Part shown: positions 22,819 through 34,616 of the stretch, piece after piece
How the letters are laid out: the number at the start of each line of letters is the position of its first letter
Position numbering within the stretch: the stretch's first letter is position 1
Assembly (NCBI RefSeq): GCF_022539665.2
Contig: NC_081333.1
Coordinates: forward strand, 8,680,001-8,744,000
Source of the DNA: Daphnia carinata
Taxonomy: Eukaryota
Length of the DNA: 64,000 nucleotides
Direction: 5' to 3'
Notes under the pieces: model-generated
The model's input: the letters and a program-made list of their open reading frames with translations, nothing else
Database searches by the model: none
Told to the model about the DNA's origin: nothing
Position numbers and translations under genes: made by a program

Positions 22819-25800
22819 TTATCCACTCCTTGACTTTTTCAGTTTGAATTCCCCACGGCGAATTTCGCCCAAAAGACGATCCACGATGCAAATATCGTCG
22901 TCGGAAGAAGAGATTTTTCCAGACGGTATCTTCTTCCCTGGTGATCGACCAAGGGAGCCTTGTGGGGATGCTGCCAAAATGGCTTTTTCAGCAGCCAATC
23001 GTGCCACACGTTCTTCTTGTTTCTGGCGGGCTTCGTTCTCTTTGCGAGCTACTTCAATTTTGTTAATCAATTCCGAGAAAATGCCAAAACATTCCGAGAG
23101 CTTCAATTTCTTCGGGTCTTCACTGAAATGAATGGCAACTGAACGAAAAGCACGATCAATTTCTATTAGCAGTTGCTCCAATACAAGAACTTTTTCTTGA
23201 GCTTTTGCAAGAAATTCTGGAATAAAAAGTATGCCAATTTAGTCATGAAGTTTGGATAAGAGATCAACGAGTAACTTACCATCCCTAAACTCTGTAAGAT
23301 CCGTTTTTGCGTGTAACAGCTGCTTCTGCAGTTCACTAATTCGTGAGATCCATTCACGAAGTTCTGCAGCCATTGTCTCGAGACTTAACCGACTTGCTTC
23401 TTTAACAGATGACAATTCGACAGTGAAGTCTAACAGAGCTGGGTTGTCTTTCACAGCAATGTCCACAATGTAATGAAGAAGGGTCATGCGAGGCTTATTG
23501 GCTCGTAAATCAGTGAGCTGCTGTAGCGCGCTTAGTTTGAATCCGACGGCATTGCCGGCATAGCTATTCTGTAGGAAAATACAGCTGAATTAAGAAACTA
23601 CCAATGCATCTATAAAAATGTGAACTGTACACTGTTCAGGCAATTTCCAAGCTGAAGTACAACTGCCAAGAAATCTTGAAGAGACTTGTTGACGAGAAGG
23701 TCACGACAGGTGGCCAGAAGAAGCCTTAGCGGAGGTTCCAATTCCGACATGGACGGATGAAAGTCTATTTTCTGTATAAATCAAAAGTTAGTAAAAATGT
23801 GAATTTTTTTGAAATTTTTTCTTTAAATGTCACCATTATAGTGGCTTTGATTTTCACAGAATATCCCGGAAGGGCCAAAAGACAAAGAAGAAACTGTTCA
23901 GCTGGGCCTAGGTTGGTTACGTCTCCTTTGTAGTTCAGCAACGTAGAAATCTATAAACATGTTGTTTGTATGAAGAAGTGCGTAACATAGTATGCGAAAT
24001 CGCACTTGATTACCTCGTCTGCATCCGGTAGAATTTTTTGGAGACAATTGAGATGTTCTGTCGTAAAATTTTTTTCATCACACTGACGTATGCGATTCAC
24101 GATTTCCGCAATGGGGATTTTGAACTGTTTAAGGAATATGTTGACTGCTAAGCTGCGTTTGCTGTCTAAGAGGCAATGAGTCATTTGTTTATTCACGCCG
24201 CTAATGCCTCCAGTTTTTGTTGTAGACGAAAGAGCAGGAGTTGGTTTCATGCAAAAAAGCTCCTCAATTTGTTGGAGACGCAAGCTGACTGGCGGTTTAA
24301 CTCGAATCGTTGCATTGATTTCTTTCCATATAGAATCATCTAAAAAAATTATTTAAAATTTCAAATCAGCAAGCTCTATGTCAAATAAAGAACAATTACC
24401 TTCCACTCTGGTAACTTTTATCCAATTTAGAGTTTTCATTTTAGTGCTAAGCTTCAAGGGATTCAAAGCGCAATCTGTGGTAGAAGCAACGGCAGAAGAA
24501 ATGAGCCCACCCAGCGGTGGACAAGGTGGAGGAGGCAGAACCCCTCCAACTGCTTTCATAAAAAATAAAACAAAATAACTATAATAAAAATGTTTAAAAC
24601 AGAAGGCTCAATTCTACAAGAAGTAGTGATTTCTGCTACGTTGAGAGTGCAATAAATCGTTTGTACCTGCACCACTTTGAGGTGGCGGAGGCGGTGGAGG
24701 TGGTGGAAGTATGGAATTTCCAGTAGAGGGGAACGGTGGGGGCAATGGCGGTAAGGGTGGTGGGGGCAATGGCGGTAAGGGTGGTGGGGACAATGGCAGC
24801 GTAGATGATTGTAGGAATGGTGGTAAAGGTGGTGGTAAAGGTGGTGGTAAGGGCGGTGGTAGCGTTGGTGGTAACGGTGGTGGTATGGGTGGTGGAAAGA
24901 ATGATGGTAAGGGTGGTGGTAAGGGTGGTGGTAAGGGTGGTGGTAACGGTGGTGGTAAGGGTGGTGGTAAAGATGATGGTAAGGGTGGTGGTAAAGGTGG
25001 TGGTAAAGGTGGTGGTAAAGGTGGTGGTAAAGGTGGTGGTAAAGGTGGTGGTAAGGGTGGCGTTGTTGGTGATGTTAGGGATTGGGGTCCGGTTATTGGT
25101 AGCGCTGGTGGTGGAGGAGGATTCGAACTGAGAGACAGAGGAAGGGGAGGTGGAGGTGGCGGCGGCGGTAACTGACTAGAAAAACTGTCAGCAAACGCAG
25201 ACAGTTGTAAGGGTGATGGTGGACGAAGCGGTGTATGCAGGGTTGAAGGCAGCGGTGGAGGTGTAGGCGGTGATTTCGATGGCACATGATGAGAAGGTAT
25301 TTTGCTTAATATAGCTGCTGATCTCACACTTCCGTCAAGGATGGAATCTTCGTCTTCACTTATAAAGATGCTGTCAGATAAGAATTCGTCTTCCGTTTGT
25401 GTGTTAACGGAAACCATATTTGTTTGCGGCCAATGTTTTGTAAAAGTGTTGTATCTACTCCATTCCGACAAATTTCCCTTGACGGCATCTTCAGTCGCTT
25501 TTTCAAGTAGGTTCCACAGTCGAGAGCTTGCAGAGAATAAATATTAATTACATTTCATCTACAGAAATATTGAATAATCCACAATATACTTGATCGGATC
25601 ACCAACATTCAGCTGTATAAGATTCGAAAGAACTGAATGAAGAGATAGGGCCTGCGGTTTATCTTTGATCTGTCAAATATTCATTAACATTTATTTCAAG
25701 AAAATTTTTAAAGGAAAAATCGTACTTTAATGAAGTAAAGTGAGAAGAGATCGAACAAGGATTTCACGTCGGTTTGGTCCAGATTATCGTCATCTTTTGT

Positions 25801-26936
25801 GCGATGGTGCTCAAATACTTGAATTTGAATAAATAATTCTGGGTTGTCAGACTTTTCCACGTTCTCAATTGCGTCAAGCAGTCCCAAGCCAATCATTTCT
25901 GAACGTATTGCGTGCCGCGTCCAAATATTTTCTGTTCCCAATATCAAAGAATTGGCGAAACCCAAGATAGTTGCCCTATATTCATCAGTGTCTGCACTGA
26001 GTATCTCTGATACCAGAATAGCGAAGCGTTGCAACTTAGTTCTCGACATCTTATAGAAAATAGAATGAAAAATAAATAACGTACAAAATGATACCAGGCA
26101 CCTACAAATACCTTGAAATAGTCGAGTGCATCTAAAGTAGCTTCATGGCCACTGTCAGAGTAGACGCAAACAGCGCTGAAAAGTTCCAATACAAGTTTTT
26201 TTGCCAAAACATTCTTTGTTGCCATAACTAGAACAACAAACAAATAAAACATTATTTTAGTTAACAAACAATTTAGTAGATAGATATTGAACACACCACT
26301 AAACAGTTGACGAGTGAACTGGCGATGTGCGAGTAGATACTGCAAACCAATTTTTGAATTAACAACGGCCCGAATACCATAGGCCACCTCTGACTGAAAT
26401 AAGGCGTTGGTTATACCAAAGCCAGTAGATAACTTTTCCAGCCTGTCAAACAAAACGGAGAGTCCATCACGTTCCAAGAAATCTTCCATCCAAGAGGGTT
26501 TTGCATTCTCAATCAGCTTCCTAAAACCGGAGTAGTTGGCTAAGCTGGGGATTTTCAAAAGTTGAATACTGAGCTCCGGATCCCACTCATCAAATTTCTC
26601 TGAAAACAATAGGGCGACTTATCATTCCGGGCATATAATTTTAAAAAATTTAGTATTGTATTTACTTTGATTGATATCTTCGAGAAGTTTTTGGGTTGAG
26701 CGTCGTCGGGCAGTTATAGTTGAGCTACCAATATCCTCTTGACCTTTATTTTGTCGTGTGAGCTCATCTTCTGCAATGCCATCGTCCTTGCCGCCATCGA
26801 CTTCTCCCTGTGAACTCAACCTCATGTTAAGTGCTCGTTCAGCTGCCATCGACCACCGAACGCTATTGCTATCCTTTCGTGTAACAGACGGGCGAGTTGT
26901 TTCATCCATGGTACTAGATGATTTATCTTCAGACAT
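22819..26936 (-). CDS. INF2: Inverted formin-2-like formin (DID/FH3, FH1, FH2, WH2/DAD), multi-exon
   Basis: DID: ELSIQLLKIPSLANYSGFRKLIE..WMEDFLE. Poly-Pro FH1. FH2: MKTLNW..LLDSKRSLAVNIFLKQF and NAVGFKL..MTLLHY. WH2/DAD: CIVDRLLGEIRRGEFKLKK. Confidence 0.9.
24735..25062 (-). repeat. 12-bp tandem repeat (ccaccaccc/ttta-type) encoding (PPPL)n of the formin FH1 domain
   Basis: Plus strand reads ggtggtggtaaa / ggtggtggtaag repeated; translates as PPPL on the minus strand. Confidence 0.9.
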
Positions 26937-28617
26937 TCTTTACTATGTTTGTGCGATAAGCTGTTAATCCCATGTAGGAAAACAATCGAGAAATAGAAAA
27001 GAAAAAAATATTAGAACGAACAGAATCCATTTCTAAAATAAGATAGACAAATCTAATTTTTCGTAGTTCACTCTCTCACCCCCTCCCCCTCCTGACGTTT
27101 TTGCTACTTTAAAAGTGACAAGACAACAATTGTCTTTGTATTTAGTACGCCGATCACCATTTCTCACCTGATATGTTTAAAATCCCCTTTCTAGTTGAAA
27201 CATTGGAAGGCACAAAAATAATTTTTTGTGAACTTTAAATCTCCAAAGAGAGCTTTGTGGATCGAAACGTACTTAACGAATCATGACAAACTGTACCAAG
27301 GACAGCGACAAAAAAAACAAAGCAAATCAACAAGTGATACGTGTGTGATACGTGCCTAAAATATGACACTTTCCCTTAAACCAGGAAAATCACTTGGCGT
27401 GGGTTCAGACCGGAAAAAGAGTAGTTAAAAGTAACACTGCACTGTAATAACTTATTTAGCGAAAGCACTACACGGCAAGCACTTCAAGTTTTGAGCCACT
27501 CCTAAAGATTTCCCACGCAAGTGCCATATAACTTTCCGAAAAGAGAAAGGCATGACTTTCACGAGTGCATAGTCTAATTTCAGGTTAAAAAAATTTGAAC
27601 GCAGATATGAACACTCACACTTTAATGGATGGATCTTGAATCACTAAGACGGAGCACTCCTCACAAAATGTTGATAGACTTTCAGATTCTACATGTGCTC
27701 TGTAACCTTGACAGCATGACTAAATTGGAAGACAGGGTTTGAAATAATGAAACAGACGACTACGAGAGGCGCTGTTGAAAAGGCTCACCGCAGAAATACA
27801 GCCGCCGGCGTCGTCCCAGGAACTGGTGTTATGACGAAGTTTACCAACCGGAATACTAACAATCCACCACTTACGATGATCACTGCACCGTGTAGGTAGA
27901 ATTTCTGTACCTGATCCGCAGGACTAGCTATGGCACAAGCAAATAAATGCAGCTGCATTACAGACCCAGCATCGCACTCTAGTCTACACGTGTTTGCTGT
28001 AGCAATGAACAGCTGTTTGAAGAGCTGTAGCGAGTGAACTAGTTCGCCGCTGTTAAATAAAAGCTATTCTGAAAAACAAAAGCTTCCATAAACAACGTAT
28101 ATCCATGAGGGCAGACTGATAAGATTTTTGGCAATTTACTTGTCCGGCTCTTGCTCAAACTAAAACGACAATCTCGGTGATAAAATTTTGAAGTATTCAT
28201 AAAATACATTTGATAGCTTTTTATCAAAATTAGAAACATCAACGCAAAAGTTTTTACATGAAAATTATAATAAAGGCGTATAGTTTTGCTTTTACTAGCT
28301 GCTTTTGCTAGTTTTTACTCGATATAGGTTTGAGAGGAGATACCGAGATACCCGTAGAAAATAAGCTCAAAATGCTCCGCACATTCTAGCTTTGCCAATA
28401 CATTTCTTGGCATAAATACAGGCAAAGGTACCATGCGCGGACGTCTTCCTTGGGGATTTTTAAAGTTTTGCCTGCTTCATTATTTTTTTTTGCTTGTAAT
28501 CAGAGTTCAGCAGATCTACATGATACATGGTTACAGTACCTAAATGTGACGTAGACAAGGATATAAAAATACAAAAATAGTCAAATATTGTGCACATTCC
28601 CATTTTGAAGTAAAATA

Positions 28618-29596
28618 ATGTTGTGTGCGTATAAAACATTGTTGTCGAACAGAAGAGTTGTGTTGGCTAGTACGTCTGAACGCAGGAAAGAAATATTAGG
28701 CGGGCTGGTACATGTTTATCAATAAACGATGTTCTTTACCATTTTCAGCCACTTATCATTTATTCCTGTATTTCAGGGTTTTCCTTTTACTGTTGTGCAG
28801 TCTTCTTTTGATGAGGACAAGAACAGACCAAACACAACTGATCCAAAGGAGTTCACACAATGGACAGCATCCCAAAAGGCCTTAGCAGCCGTGGAGGACT
28901 TGAAAAATCACTGTAATCCACCAGATTTTGTTATAGGAGCTGACACAGTGGTATTCCTAGATGAAGTGATTTTGGGGAAACCGACAGACTCAGATCATGC
29001 TGTCGAAATGCTGAAAAGGTATGATGGTTAGCATTTAGCTGAATTACCAATAAATTTGAAGCTTCTGTATTATATAAGGTTATATTAATAATATTTAGCA
29101 CTAAATGTTACTTACTAAAATAACATAGGTAGTAAGATGTCGTCCTTATTTTCATTTAAATAAGGTCTAAGGCAACCAGCAATGAACTGTGGAATAAAAA
29201 TTTTCCATTAAATTTTCAACAGATTGAGTGGAAAGGTACACTCAGTTGTAACAGGCCTCAGTATTCATTACAAATCACAAAATGGATACAAAGAGAGGTT
29301 GATATCAGAAGTAACTCGAGTCAAGATGGCCACACTGAGCAACCTCATAATAAACAGTTATGTGGAATCAGGAGAGTCACTGTAAGTGTTTCTTTGCAAA
29401 ATAAAAATTTTTTAAATATTAATTTTATTGACATCAATGCAGGGGTAAAGCAGGATCATATGGAATCCAAGGGCTAGGTGGAAGTCTGATAGAAGCAATT
29501 GATGGAGATTATTATAATGTTGTGGGTTTTCCACTTCATAGATTTACCGCTGAAATGATTAGCATCATACAAGAGTCCAAAGAGCCACACAGCTAA
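28618..29596 (+). CDS. Maf-family nucleoside triphosphate pyrophosphatase (dTTP/UTP; ASMTL N-terminal-like), 4 exons
   Basis: [39 protein letters not shown] and [21 protein letters not shown] are Maf motifs. Confidence 0.92.
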
Positions 29597-30150
29597 CCCG
29601 TCAGAAACTTCCTCCCATAAAATAAGGCTTTCTTTTCAAAAGCTGGGGATTTTATTGGAGTGTTCATTTCATAAAATGGATTCATGGAATGCTTGAAGAA
29701 AAGAAAATGTTAACATAATCCATATATACTTTTAAATGATCTTTGTTACCTTAATATAAGTTTCATACATCTCCATGAAATAGTTTTTGATGCCATCTTC
29801 ATTCTTTACATCATGAAGCATCAAAAATCTCATTCTACTAGCTGTTACAAAGGCTGATACAAACCATTCATTGAACTTGTCAACAATTTTTAAATAAAGT
29901 GCATTGGTCGTCCACATGTGTTCGTCGACTAAATCTAGCGCAGCATGCGCAATAAATTGGCTTAAATGCCTGTGATCTTCTTTCTAGTAAGTTTATTAGG
30001 AAACAGATATTACAGTTAGAAACTTAAACTGAACAGCTTTGATCTCAAACTCGAGAATACCTTTGTTTCCTTGTTTGCAGGATTGAATTCCATTTCAAAT
30101 AAGGGGTTATCGTTGTGACCCACGATTACAAAATAATAATTTCCAGCCAT
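29593..30150 (-). CDS. TRAPPC2: Trafficking protein particle complex subunit 2 (sedlin), 3 exons
   Basis: [78 protein letters not shown]. Confidence 0.96.
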
Positions 30151-30458
30151 TTTTATACTCGTCAGTTTAACCGCAGAAGTGTCAAGTTGTCAACTAATGC
30201 GTCCAAACGAAAACAGATACCTTTTTCCTTCGTCTGCTAGAATAGCAAGTGGACACACCTCTAGTACCGCGAAGATCAAATTTAAGGCAAACATTTAGTT
30301 TTTTTTCTTTAAACTCAACATTGATTATTTTAAATGTTCCATGATATATTCAGTTCGGCCACCGGTATATTCAGCGTTTACACCGAACGAAAGAACAAAT
30401 ATGTATATGATACCAATTAAACCAATAAACCAATAGGTAATTTGTTACGGAAGTTCAC

Positions 30459-31546
30459 TTAAACTACTGTTGGAGTAGGCCCGTTAACCCAGTCAACTAT
30501 TTGCTTGTCATACCAGACATACCCTCCCTTTGGTCCATCTACATTTGGCGGAAGAAGTGCCAACCAAGTCGGCGCGACGGCACCTACAGCCAAAAAAAAA
30601 AAAAAAACAAAGAAAAAAAATGAGAAAAAAAAAAACAAGAAAAAAAAAAAATGAAATTACCTTGTTCGATGGTTAGTGGTCCTTTATGACTCGTCATGTC
30701 AGTGTCAACATAGCCTGGATGGACCGAATTCACAATTATATCCTGACGGGAATCGTGATCAAACGCTCTTTGCTGAATACGAGTTAGAGCACTTATTCCG
30801 ATTTTGGACGTAGAATACGCGCTATTGGGCCAACCTAACTTAACATGATCTCCCGTTTGAGCAGCCCTAAGAATCATCATCACAATATTATAAATTCATA
30901 GAAAGTTAGTATAGGGAAAATTTCAAATAATATAACATACATACTTTACAAATCCATGAATCATTTCTGTAAGTTCTTCTGTTGTCAAATCAGATGAACA
31001 AAGCTTTTTTCTTAGATCAATTGCTACACTGTTTTCTCCTGAAATTTTTAATAAATGACCGGCAGAACTTGATACATTAACCACTCTTGCATGTGGCCTG
31101 AGGATGGGGAACATGATATTGCAGAACCTAAGAGTACTAAAGAAATTTGTTTTCAATGTTTCTGTGGCTTGCTGAGAAAATGGTTCTGGTGCAGCATTCT
31201 TGAAAGCAATTGCTGCATTATTAACCAAAACATCTAAGCCTCCATATTGAGACTGCAGATGGTCTCTGAATCTCAACCCACTTGCTTCATCATCAACGTC
31301 AAGCTGGTGATACTGTGGCTGGAAGCCGAGTTTTCCTAGTTCTTCAACTGCAGCTCTACCCCTGTCTTCATCTCTTGACGTTAAATATACATCTCCATCA
31401 AATTTCTGACAAAGCTCTTTAACAATTGCAAAACCAATTCCCTTGTTTGAGCCAGTTACCTGAAATGTAAATCGGCAGTTAGAATGATTTGCCAAGGATA
31501 GAAACCACAAAACACTTACCACAGCCACTCTTTTTCCAGGAGACAT
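30459..31546 (-). CDS. CBR1: NADPH-dependent carbonyl reductase (CBR1/CBR3-like SDR), 4 exons
   Basis: VAVVTGSNKGIG, LDVLVNNAAI, RVVNVSS, catalytic YSTSK, VHPGYVDTDM. Confidence 0.9.
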
Positions 31547-31979
31547 GACAACTTTATGTGTTAAGTATCTTACGCAGCTTTGGTGATTGCCGAAAGAATC
31601 TTAGTTTCAAGCTTTAGCGAGCCTGTTATATAGCAAGATATTACGTGTGTTAGGTACCAATCTTTAAAACGTGCGCCGCTGATTTATCCAAATCATGCGA
31701 TGACTGGGCAACTTCGTCATGCTAACGTAAGATAACGTGCGTATTTCGTTTTAAAAGCTTAAACGCGATTTCTTTTTTTAAATTTTGTTAAACAAAGATT
31801 TATAAGTAAAATTACATAGTTAGCTTTACAAAATCTATTTGCAGACATTTCTTAAATTTTCTGAAAAAATAGTGTTTAGGGACAATTTTGCTACGAAGCC
31901 CTGTCTGGATGACTGTTGAAATTCTAAATCTAATCTAAACAATAATAAAAGCAGTCGACACTAAGGTACTCGAAATAAA

Positions 31980-33525
31980 ATGGCAATCGGACATGTACGC
32001 CGTAAATTACTTCATGGACGAACATTATTCGCTGTGAGTAGCCTAAAACCGATGAAATGTACACGTTTTTCATTTTTAATTATCAATTTAAAAAACCATG
32101 ATTTTGACAGTCAGCAGGAATTAACAACCACGGTACTCTACAGTACAGTTCGGGAAATGGAGTAAAAGAAAGTGCCAAACCCAGTTTATTGAAAATAAAA
32201 GAAAAGTTGGAAAATGGTCCAGATTTTTCGGATTTTGTACAAGGAAATATTTCTGGTAAAGAAAAATGGAAAGACTATGAAGGGAAAATTGTCAGAGAAA
32301 ATGGAGGACAGAGGTTGAGGCTACCACCTTGGCTGAAAACAGAGATTCCAGTTGGCAAGAATTTTTCTAAACTGAAAGAAAACCTGCGAGGACTTAATCT
32401 ACACACTGTCTGTGAGGAAGCAAGGTGTCCAAACATTGGTGAATGTTGGGGAGGAGGTCCAGATGCTACAGCCACTGCCACAATCATGGTATAAATTCTT
32501 TTAAATTTGTGTTTCACTGCTAAAATTGTTTTAAATACAGCTTATGGGTGATACCTGTACACGAGGCTGCAGATTCTGTTCAGTGAAAACATCAAAAGCA
32601 CCACCGCCACTTGATCCAAATGAACCAGTCAATACAGCAATTGCCATCGCTGCTTGGGGACTTGATTATGTTGTTTTGACATCTGTGGACCGAGATGGTA
32701 CTATAAATTATAGCAGTGGGTGATATTTCTTTAACCCACTTTAGCACACTTTCACTGTTTTGCAAGACTTGCCTGACCAGGGTTCAAACCATTTGTCTCA
32801 AACTGTTATGGAATTGAAGAAAAGGTAAAGAAAAAATGCCATTATGAATTTTCTTGGCATTCAAATTATCGATTTTTAGGTCACCACAGCTTTTGGTTGA
32901 ATGTTTAACACCCGATTTTCGTGGAGACCATGATTGCGTTGAACGTGTAGTTCGATCGGGACTTGACGTTTTTGCCCATAATATTGAGACGGTAGAAGAG
33001 CTAACATGGTTGGTTAGAGACCCAAGAGCTAAATACAAGTGAGTATTTTCACGTCTTTTGATGTAAGAATGCAGGGTTAAAATCTTTTTCTGCCAAACAG
33101 GCAGTCTATGGATGTTCTGAGGCACGCAAAACAAATCCGGCCTGAAGTTGTCACAAAGAGTTCTATAATGCTAGGTTTGGGAGAAAAGGACGATCAAGTA
33201 CGCAAAACTCTCGAAGGTATTTTTCTTTAAAATTGTTAGACATGACTGCTCAGTCCATTTTCAGTTCATAATATTTTCTACTTTTCAAGATCTTCGTGAG
33301 GTAGGTGTGGATTGCGTGACATTGGGTCAGTATATGCAACCAACGAAGCGTCACATAAAGGTGTCCGAATACGTAACTCCGGAAAAATTCTCCCAGTGGG
33401 AGACTATCGGTAAGGAACTTGGTTTCCTCTACACTGCCAGCGGCCCTTTGGTCAGGAGTTCCTATAAAGCTGGGGAATACTTTATAAAGAATATTGTACA
33501 AAACGCAAAAAATAGAATTAATTAG
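31980..33525 (+). CDS. LIAS: Lipoyl synthase, mitochondrial, multi-exon
   Basis: [42 protein letters not shown] (radical SAM CxxxCxxC), [30 protein letters not shown]. Confidence 0.97.
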
Positions 33526-34616
33526 GTTAGCGGTAAAACTTGTGTGAAATTCATTTCAGTCGGTTTAATTTATCCGGCGGCGAAATAATTGTTCAAATGT
33601 GTAAATAATTTTGAACAACCTAAATAAAAAGCAAACAAAAAACGATTATCACCTTCTATTTGCTGGTATGATTTCCGAAGTCGATCAGTTTTGCTTGGTG
33701 AGTTCATTGCTTTTTCAGGATCAAATTGCCCTGGAGTTCACTGGGTGTCAGCACAGAAATTCTTGGGAAACAGATTGTTTTTCAGCACCCCCTTACCACT
33801 AATGTTTGACAGAAATGTTCGTATGGCTTACGGCTAATTTATTCAAAGATCAGTTCAAAAGACAAAGAATAAACAAAATTAATTTCACGTGAGAGGATAC
33901 GCTACGTTAGAGAATAGAGCTAGAGACGCGCGTACAAGGAAGTTTGTTAAACCAAAATGAAACCTAAGATCGAGGTGAATAATGCACGAAAGATAAACGT
34001 CGATCACATTAACACAACGATCCCGCATTCCTCTGGGTAAGGTGTCGTAAATGGAAGAACGGATGTCTTACCTTTCACACTCTTCGAAATTTTTTTATTG
34101 GAAAGACCAAGGGGAAAAATAATAATAATCTTTAAAAAAATAAAGAAAATAAACCGGCCAATTAGGTGACTAGGGATCCATCCAGATTTGGATTACAAAC
34201 TTCATGGGTATCCAAAGGCACGCGCATCAAAGACAAAACAGCAAAGAGGATTTAAATAAAAAATTAAAAAATCCAACGCCGGACATAATCGAAAGGAATG
34301 TTGCGGATCTAGCTACATTCCTCTTTATTAATTCCTTGACACTGTTCTATTTTTTTAACGTTCTGTGCCAATTTTTGCAAAAGATGAACTCCCAACACAT
34401 ACTATTAGAGAATTCTCGAGGGATGATATTTCGCTCTTCAAACATGAAATAGGATTAAATGGACATACCCGAAACTGCGTTCCGTTTCTACAGAATAGCA
34501 CACTAAAAAGTGCTATGAAGACAACCTCTTTCCTTTCTTTTTGCATACCAAATCATTGATGTTCGTTTACCCATTTCATTAAAGGACCGCACACAAATTT
34601 AGTCAGCTAGGACCAC

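Noticed and set aside
24711..25175. Gly/Lys-rich (GGKG)n ORF and Val-rich ORF on the plus strand
   Set aside because: Antisense shadows of the formin FH1 poly-proline repeat.
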